Shown here: piece by piece, positions 54,721-64,000 of the stretch
Layout: every line of letters begins with the position of its first letter
How positions within the stretch are numbered: the first letter of the stretch is position 1
Assembly: GCA_012295275.1 (NCBI GenBank)
Contig: CM022665.1
Location: forward strand, 10,912,001 to 10,976,000
Direction: 5' to 3'
Origin: Chrysomallon squamiferum
Lineage: Eukaryota > Animalia > Mollusca
DNA: 64,000 bases
Made by a program: the position numbers and the translations under genes
The notes under the pieces: model-generated
Told to the model about the DNA's origin: nothing
The model's database searches: none
The model's input: the letters and a program-made list of their open reading frames with translations, nothing else

Positions 54721-55764
54721 ATCAAAGGTTTCAGGTCATTAACTAGTTCTGAGAATATGTTTGAGCCTGTGATGAATGTCAGAACTCAAAGAAGTATGTC
54801 CAAGCCATCAACATGTGTCAAACTTACCACTCCTTCTCAAATCAGGTAGCAAAATTATGCTATAAATCTCTTACCTACAAATAATATTGTTTTACTTCAT
54901 AGTAAAGGTGTGGATGATTAACAGCACTATATATATTTTATGGAGACTGTTAAATTAATAGATGTCATATAAGGAGTAAAAGGTTTTAAAGTAGATACAA
55001 AAGTCCTGTTAGATTTTTTAAAAAGATAGAAAAATCTCTGTGCAGTTTAATTTCTCAATACAAAAATATTTTATGGAGAGTGAAAAACTGTAAATATTAT
55101 TTTTAAAGCAGTTTAGAAAAAGTAATAATTAAAATAACAAAGATATTCTAGTTCATTATTCAATACATTTAGATTAACTGTATAATGATAATGATGATGA
55201 TAATAATAACAATGCAATAACAACAACAGTAGCAGAAATAAAAATGATCAGGTAATGATATTGTTAATAATGATCATGATTATCACTTCAATAAATTAAT
55301 TATAAAAAAATATATAATAACAATAAAAACAATTTAAAAATTAAAAAATAAATAAAAATCAGAAATATTATAGAAAAAAGGAAAATATTACATGATATAT
55401 ATATATATTTAATATTTATATTTTCTTGTTATACAAATATGATCTTCTTAAGTGTAATTCTTGTTCTTTTTCTTTTCTTCTTTTCACCTCTGGATTACAT
55501 AAACAGTATTTAAACAAAGGAATATTATCTGGTTAATAACTAACATTTCAGCAAAGATGACCTCAACTTATCAGTGGAATTTTGGCCAAACAGATAATTT
55601 CGGTGCAAATGATTTAAAGATGATTCCTTTGAAAATGGCAACAACTGGTTTTGAATAACCTGCATATATATAAACTGCTGAATAAGAAAAATACCAAATT
55701 AGACAGTATTTGTTTTCAATGTCACTGCTTCTTATTGGAGTTTGCATGTACCTTATGATAGGAA

Positions 55765-55950
55765 TTAGAAATACAAGGGGAAGATGAATTAAAAATCCAT
55801 GCTTAGGGTGAATGAGGTATCAGTAAGGTATGAATTGGAAATCCAAGGCTAGGGTGAATTAGAAATCCAAGGTTAGGGTGATTTAGATATTCAAAGAAAG
55901 GGTGAATTAGAAATTCAAGGGGAGGATGAATTAGGCATTCAAAGGGGTGA
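55765..55950. repeat. ~21-23-bp minisatellite
   Basis: Repeated gggtgaattagaaatccaagg. Confidence 0.8.
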
Positions 55951-56128
55951 TGTTGAATATTAAAGGCAAGAACTTCAACTGCAAGGGAAGGAAAGGTGGT
56001 CAGAGGAACTGGACAGGATAATTTAGACCACAGACATCCAAGACAAAGGGAAAATATATTTAGCTAGAGAGGGGATAAGATACTTTTAGAACATTGTATA
56101 TAGATACATATGAAGACTAACTGAATTT

Positions 56129-56132
<4 letters not shown>

Positions 56133-56223
<91 letters not shown>

Positions 56224-56236
56224 TGTGTGTGTGTGT
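56133..56236. repeat. Compound (GA)n(GT)n microsatellite
   Basis: Direct reading. Confidence 0.95.
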
Positions 56237-59200
56237 TTATTTAAGATCTAATCTTATCAAAATCTGTATGATTTTTCAAAGTCATTTTTTTAAAACTTTC
56301 TCAGACTCTAATTACTAAATGTACAACTAAAACCACTAAGTATTTATCCACGGGAAGGAAACAAGATATCTAGACAGCAGGTATGAGAGAAAGAGAGACT
56401 ATCTTATGAGTTGATAAACAACACTGATAAAAATAACATTTCTTCCAGCTCCAAAAAATGTATCAGAATATATCAGAACAATCACTGGGAATAAAACTTG
56501 AAAGAAAAAAAAAAAAAGAAAAGAAAAGAAGAAAAAACAACAACTTATGCCAAGGTGAGAGACCAGGAATGGGGGTGTTGAGTGAATGAATGCACACAGG
56601 TGCTGGAGAATGCTGGACCCCCTACCAGGACTGACCAGAAAGATAGTGGGTTGAGGGAAGAAGAAGAAGACAAATTGAATGGGACTAAAATTGATTTATG
56701 TAAGATCTGTCTCACTAAACAGGAAATGCTTGGGAAGCACTGAACTGAGCTGGGGTCGTAGAAAGGAGTCATCTGATTTCTATTAAGTCAAAGTAGTAAA
56801 ACAATTTCTAACAATATATTCCTACTTAGCTACTTCCTTTTCCTTTTTTTTCTTCTTTCTTTAGTTAAAAAAAAATATATTAAAAAATGAATAGGATAAA
56901 AAAAAAAGTTCAGATGGTTAGAGTAATGAATTACCATAATTGACAATTCATTTGTGTTACTGAAAAAAGAAATATTACCTGTTATTATTATTTATTTATT
57001 TAATTTTTTAAGAATGAGAGAAAAAAGATTATTATGGAAGGAATAATATGTTACTCTAACTATTGATAGAAGTTAAAATGAATGTTAAGTTATTACTAAC
57101 TCACTGATTCTTTTTTGTTATAGAAAAAAAAATAAAAGTAAAAGGAAATGAGAAATGTAATTTAAAAAATAAAAATAAAAATTAATTAGATGAAAATGAA
57201 AATGAGAATGAAATAAACATAATTACAAATGATGCTCTACCTCCCTCAAACGAATTGTACAGATATTATTATCATTACTAGTAGGCCTAGTAGTAGTGGT
57301 GGTGTTGGTAGTATTAGTTACTATTATTATTATTGGTTATTGTTATTATTATTACTGTTGTAGTCGTTATTGTTGTCATTATCATTATTACTACTTATAT
57401 CATCATCACTATTACTTTTATAATTACTTAACAGTAATTTGACATTATTACAACCTCTCCCCCCAAAAAAACCAGCAACCCCCAAAAGAACTTCTCATTT
57501 CTATGACACAGACGGTAACTGACTTTATAACAATAAATTACCAAGATCTCAAACATCCCAGATGGAAGTCAAACCTGCTATGTTTTGTCTATTCCTGTAC
57601 AACTTATTAAAATGATGTTTGTTTTGGGGATTATAAAATAATAAACACACCTGTTTGATTTTTAGTGTGAAAACAACACTATTTCATGTCAACAGCTGCT
57701 TAGAGCTCAAAATAGCAAATGGAGAATGCTGTATGGAAAATATTCTTGTCTGAGACACTTGATCATTTCAAGATGGTGGACACACCTTGAATACAATATT
57801 CTAAAAATCATTTACATTAAAAAGTTTATTATTTTTTTATAAAACTTCATCCAAATTAATCTTGATTATATCTGGTTCAATCAGTAATAGAATAAAGTTT
57901 TGTTATGTTACATTTTAAACTTTAGCTCATTTTTTCATTTATGTAGAAACTAGTATTTTGCAATTTTTTTTATTATTTTATTAAGCAATATAAGATTATT
58001 ATTTTATAATCTTAGAGAGCTGAGTTTTTCAATAACTTTATATAAATTATTTTAAAAAAATCATTATATAATTTATTTTTAATTTTATTTATAGTTTTAT
58101 TTTATTTTATTTTATTTTATTTGGAAAAATAACAAATAAATACATTTATATATACAAAAATTATATTTATATAAAAACATTTTTGATTTAGAAATTCAAG
58201 ATTATCTTTAATACATATTTTCATTTAAAAAAAAAGGAAATATTATACCAATTTGTTAAAGAAGACAAAAAAAAAAAAAGGATTTGTGTTGCTTTAGGTA
58301 AATCCTCTAGGATCAATTTATCATTCAGACTCTGTTATTATTTTCATTTTAAAACATTTAGTAATGCTATCAAATAACCAAAGATTATCTTTTGTTGATA
58401 AAAATATTTAAAAAAAGTATTCTTGTTTTCTCATATTTGTTTCATTACTAAAAAAGACACAAATCTTTTAAGCTAATTTTCTGATAGGAAAATGCAAAAT
58501 ATGAAAAAAAGCAAAGTAAAAAGAAATGAAAATCTTTAAGTAACAAAAATAAAAAAGAAGGTAACACCATCTCATACAAACTACTCTAAAAATAACAAAT
58601 AAATGAAAACAAAATACTAATACAAGGTCAAATAACAACAACAACAACAGTAGTAGTAGTAATAGTAATAATAGTAGTAGTAATATTAATAAAAGTAGTA
58701 GTATTAAAAGTTCATAGCAGTTTTAAATGAAATTCAAAGATAATATCTAGATATTTGTACAAAGATTTATTCAGTCTCATATGTGTCATTTTGTTCACCT
58801 TTCATAATATGTTTCTGTCAACTGCTAGTAATAATAGTAATGACAGTAGTAGTAGTAGTAGTATGATAATAATATAAGTAGTAGTAGTAATAATAGAAAT
58901 AATAGTAGAAGCAGCTGAAGTAGTAGTAATAATAATAATAAACAAAACAAACAGACAAATAAATAAATACATTTTAACAACAAAAAAAACAACATACAAA
59001 TAAATAAATAAATTTTAACAAAAAAAAAAAAAAAATGTAAGTAAAAACCTCAAAAGTTTAAACAAAATAAAACTTAAAAAAATAAAAAAAAAATAAAAAA
59101 TAAAAAAAATAAAATAATACAACATAAAATTTATTTTGATACAGATCCTCTAAAGTAAAATCCAGAAATAACAACAAAAAGGAAAACCAATACATCAAGT

Positions 59201-59794
59201 AACCAAAAACAGTTTTTTAGGAAATAGCATATTGTATGATAAATATTGTTCACTAATTTACTGTTATAGTAAAAAAAAAAAAAAAAAAAAAAAATAAAAA
59301 TAAACAAAACAAAAAAGTAAAAGAATAAAATGAAGTCAATATTAAAAAGAAAAAGAAGAAAATTGAAAGCAGTACAAAAAAAAAAAAAAAAAAGTATAAA
59401 AAGCTAGGTACACTTGCACTAAAATTTTGAACTTAACTATCACATAGCAGATGTATGGTTAGTTTAAAAATTTTAACTTGTAAACGAAGCTATTTTAATG
59501 TGATCTGGGTGGTCTCATTTTTCTACCTGTCTGAAAAACTAATAAACTAGATTTATTATCAAGACAAATATACTGTGAAAATAAAAATAATATATGAATT
59601 TAGTTTAAATTAAGAATATTTGAAACAGTCAGGTAAATAAAATGCAATCAATAACTAAAATATCTTAATTAAAAAAAAAAAAAAATATATATATATATAT
59701 CACATTTTAGTATGTTTAATGGTTTTAATATTATTAGATTTTTTTTTCTTTCATGGTTTTTGTATAACAATAAAAAAGGATACATTTGTTGCTA

Positions 59795-59949
59795 CCAGTC
59801 TCAGTGATTAGCAAAAACAATCTTTCATATACACCTTCCCATGAACAGGAAAGTACATACCATAGTCTTTGATAAAACAATTGCAAAGCACTAACTGGAA
59901 AGGGATAGAGCCAGTAATATGCAACAGTCAGACTATATTAAAATATATA

Positions 59950-59985
<36 letters not shown>

Positions 59986-60142
59986 TAATAATAATTATGA
60001 TGGAACATACACTTTAAAAAAAAAAAAAAAAAAAAAATCAACGGATACAGTTTGGAACAGGAAATAGCCCAGTGAATACATGATGGGGGACTGATCCAGT
60101 GATCAATCAGCTTTTAAGTATGTGCTCTAACCTTTCAACTAC
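59795..60142 (-). mobile_element. Decayed tRNA-derived SINE (head plus core, interrupted by A-rich tracts)
   Basis: The minus strand of 60045-60142 reads tgtagttgaaaggttagagcac...ggatcagtcccc...ctgggctatttc, with degenerate pol III A/B-box-like motifs. The core at 59795-59905 is shared with other copies in the window. Confidence 0.6.
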
Positions 60143-60433
60143 AGACAGCTCCAAAAGGTGTGTGAGAATTTTGACATACTTGTAACCTACATCTGCAGCC
60201 AACTGGAACATTCTCTCTAATACCGGAAGACAACAGGGACTAGAAGAAACAGCTGCAGCACCAGCTGACCAGTTTAGTTCATCCATCTTCACCTCTTTCT
60301 GTCTCTACATGACAACTGACTCACATTAACACTAGGCTAACATCTGGTTATTTCAAAGGTTAGTCACACAAAACTGACTTTCCAAACAGGAAAAACATGT
60401 TCAGTAGCTCTTTGGGTGTGTATGGAAGGTGGT

Positions 60434-60476
<43 letters not shown>

Positions 60477-60516
60477 ACTGTACACACACACACATACATA
60501 CATATTTATATATATA

Positions 60517-60743
60517 CAGGGTGTCCCAGAAGTCACGCACCATGAAGATTTTTATTTAGATACATATGAATAAAAATTTTATTAATAATAATCATAACAA
60601 ATGCTCAAATTGCTTGCCCTCTGCATTGATACATACTTCAATTCTCTTTATAAAACTGTTTTTTACTCTGTTGAGGGTTTCACTATTAATTTATGTGTAT
60701 CTAAATAAAAATCTTCATGGTGCGTGACTTCTGGGACACCCTG
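60517..60743 (-). mobile_element. 227-bp Tc1/mariner deletion derivative (MITE) with 48-bp perfect TIRs
   Basis: TIR CAGGGTGTCCCAGAAGTCACGCACCATGAAGATTTTTATTTAGATACA at both ends, with TA flanks. The interior encodes a transposase-like C-terminus on the minus strand. Confidence 0.92.
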
Positions 60744-62094
60744 TATATATATATATATATATATATGTAGCAGATTCATATTTATACAATGTATGTACAT
60801 GTTTTGTAAGTACAGTAAATGTGTGCTGGTTCATATGTGTGTGACTGTGTGTGTATGTATATATATATCTTTATGTCTCTTTGCATTTGTTTTAGTGAAG
60901 AATATTTCTACAACTGTCATTTGACAAGCTGGGCAAGTCAAATTATGTGCCAGTAAAATAATTCATATATATATATGTCTATTTGTTAATAAGCATTTGT
61001 ATTACAGAAAAATATTTCTATTTCTTTTTTAATGAAAACTGGGCAGACAACAGAAATAATCATGCCGTGAAGCAACAAAAATCTGACTCATCAAGACGAT
61101 CTTATAGCTAAAATCTAATAATGCCTATGTGCAGATGAAAATTTTAAAATCTTGTCCTTAATGTAGTGCTAAATCCAGCATTCTGATGACTAAGTTAACT
61201 ATGGCTTCATGTCCATGAAATCATCAATAACATACAAATCATTTAAAAAAAAAAAAAGATTTCCAACAAATGTATGAAGTATACACATGTTCCCATAGAG
61301 GGGAAAACATACACAATGAATTATGTAACTAGGAAGAGAGACCTGATGTTGTGACCTATCATACACTGGATCAGAAGTCTAAATATTGAGCTTTAACTTT
61401 GTCCACATTCAAAAACTAGTTAGGGAAATACAACAACAACAACAACAATGATAATAAGAAGACAGTAAACACAACAAAAACAACAGTAATCATCACCATC
61501 ATAATTTATAGATGATTACAATAACAATAATATCAACAACAATGACAACAAATATCATAATAATACACATGTATACACACACAAACACATCTATTTTAAT
61601 AACAAATGACTCTTTTGAGCACCACTGTGCAATGTTAGGAGATATATACATGTAAACACATATATAAACATAAACACACGTAAGTTGTAAATTGGAGTGT
61701 TTTCAACACAACAACAGGTTCTGTAAACACTGCAAACACAAGTTACTAACATTTTTTTAATTTTTTTTTTTTTAAAGTACAGCTAATTGCAGATAGAAAA
61801 GTTGTTGAGTTAGTTACGAGTTTATTTACACAAGTTTTTATTCTGCCACAATCTCATTTGTCTGTTTTCAAGCCATTACATTAGTTTGTACTGATGCTGT
61901 TTCCATTTGTTTCTTTCCATAACTCACGAAGGATTTTTTGTGTTTTTGTTTGTTTTAGATTTATAATGAAGACAAAAAGTAACATGGCTAGACATTAAAA
62001 AAATGTGTGTTTGTTTGTGTGTGTGTGTGTGTGTAATTACATATATAGTGTGTATAAATGTCTCTGTGTGTGTGTGTGTGTGTATAATGAACAC

Positions 62095-62290
62095 TGTGTA
62101 ATGACAACAAGCTGTATCCAAGACAACATACTATATCCACTGTCAACATATTGTAGTATCTAATGTCAACATACTGTATCTAATAACAACATATTGTATG
62201 TAATGTGTACATACTATTTATAATGTCAACATATTATATCTAATGACAACATTCTGTATATAATTATTAAATAATATTATCTAACAGCAA
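62095..62290. repeat. ~20-bp minisatellite
   Basis: Repeated tatctaatgtcaacatattg. Confidence 0.75.
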
Positions 62291-64000
62291 CAAACATAAA
62301 ATGTGTGTAAGAAATAATGAAAAGAACAAATGCTGACAACTGTTTAAAAAACTAAAAATTAAATTATACAGATAGCTATTTAACTTTTTATTATTATTTT
62401 TTTTAATATAAAATTAATTTGAAAATTGAAAAAAAACAAAAAAAAAAACATGAGAAAAAGAAAGAAAAAAAACAAACAATTTCTCTATGTGTATGTATAT
62501 ATATTTATCCTGAAATCACTACATGCAGAGGCAAGATAAGATGACTAGATAAATTTGGACACAGATAAAAAAAATCTTTAGGAACAGAACTGTTTTTACT
62601 TCAATGAATTGCTTGTTTTATATATATATTTATTTATTGTTTAATTGCTGGTTTAGAACTTAAAAGAGTAATTCGAAAACAGTTTCAAAACAAACAAAAA
62701 ATAAAAAAATAAATAAATTGTTGTTATTCAAGAACTATTTTGTTTTGACATATAGAGACAATGAAATCACTATGCACCGAGAGTGATGAGTTCAGAAATA
62801 AAACAGTTAATTTCATTTAATTTTTTTTTTTTTTTTTCATTTAACTGGTTACTGACTTAAGATATCAAGTATATCCTGCTCAGGTTGAATGGCAGTGCTT
62901 TTCCTGAATCATATCATTTCTACCTTTGCAGGATACAGATATAGATATAGATATATAACTAACTCTTACACACTAACCATCTTTCTTTTTACAACAAACT
63001 AAAAAATTTAACATTACAAATATCTTTCATGTAACCTTTCTTTAAAGACCACATAATAAATATGATACATTTAATTATTATTTTTTTTTTTTACAACCAG
63101 CGGGTGGGAGATATGACTTAAAAGTTTTCTTGATTTATGAAACAGGTAATCTTATCTGACTATTACTGTTAGGGTATATATCTTTAACTGTAGAAAGGAA
63201 CATGTCTGCTCTTATTTCCGTTAGTACTAAATGACTGTGCGGTCTGGCTGGTAGACCCAGACACAAATAGAACTAGACTACCATCCTACAGTAACCATCA
63301 GTCAGACACTTGGGCCATCAATCAAAGAACACGTAACAAGTGGTAGTACTTTCCATACCACTCATCTTGCTTTGTGTTCTGTAGTTTACCTTGCTTATTT
63401 CCTTTGGGGGATATGGGATGTTTTTGAAGTGTGGTTTTAGTAATAACATTTATAAAGATTTTATTGTAACAATAATAATAATAATAAAAACACAGTTTGA
63501 ATATATTTGGATCACAAATGTGGTTTAAGTGAAAATAAAAAGATTCCAATGTAATAATTTGAAAATATTTTGTAATAACAAAAAATTCCATTGTAATAAT
63601 TTGATATAGGTTTTTTTTTTTTGTTTAAATGATTTTTTTTAATATAAAAGGATTATATTGTTATAATAAAATGAAAAAAAAAATGGGAATGATAATAAAA
63701 ACCTCAATAATTTGAACATATATAATCTTTGGATTGTGAGTGTTTTAAAAACATTGTTTTACAAAAATAAAAAGATAATGTTTCAGCAATAATATCAAGA
63801 TTACATTGTTATATTTAAAAAATTAATAATAATAAAAAAAATCTGCAAAACAACAACTATAATACGAATATAGGAGGATCCAGGGCATTTTAAAATCTGG
63901 TTTTAATAAGAACAGAAAGATGATAATGTAATCATCTGAATGTATCTGGATCTTGGAAGGAAAATAAAAGGAAATAATAATCACAAAAGTGAACTTCTTT

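Noticed and set aside
60045-60142. tRNA gene
   Set aside because: The A/B boxes are degenerate, no cloverleaf can be drawn, and it adjoins a SINE core.
60107-60292. 61-aa minus-strand ORF as a NELL exon or nested gene
   Set aside because: It has no EGF/VWC cysteine pattern, its 3' end overlaps a SINE head, and there is no phase-compatible splice pair.
2544-63591. Numerous 60-110 aa ORFs rich in F/I/Y/L, HT or CV runs
   Set aside because: They arise from poly-T/A, (AT)n, (CA)n and (ATT)n tracts, often with non-ATG starts, and show no homology signal.

Overview
AT-rich animal genomic DNA with spliceosomal introns, many microsatellites and degenerate minisatellites. It is probably a gastropod mollusc, inferred only from SINE fragments recognised from memory. 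There is no prokaryotic-type system such as CRISPR or operons. I reconstructed exons by hand from GT-AG sites and reading-frame phase. (1) The 3' part of a DEPDC7-like gene (+, 5 exons, stop at 3541). (2) A same-strand cluster of three ODF3/SHIPPO-1 (CIMAP1)-family genes: a divergent copy with a single coding exon (7427-7945), ODF3-A (12755-15726 or 15906, 261 aa) and ODF3-B (26601-29065, 252 aa). Each has an RFX X-box-like motif upstream. (3) The 3' half of a NELL1/2-like EGF/VWC gene (-, 7 exons from 47863 to 38395); its next upstream exon lies beyond the window. Mobile DNA includes a Tc2/pogo-type non-autonomous element, a 227-bp Tc1/mariner deletion derivative, a Ginger2/KRBA2-like integrase relic and several decayed SINEs. 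The two best leads are an ancient duplicated terminal coding exon in ODF3-A, which gives two alternative C-termini, and four minisatellite arrays in NELL that are each seeded from an exon edge, exon segment or stop codon.
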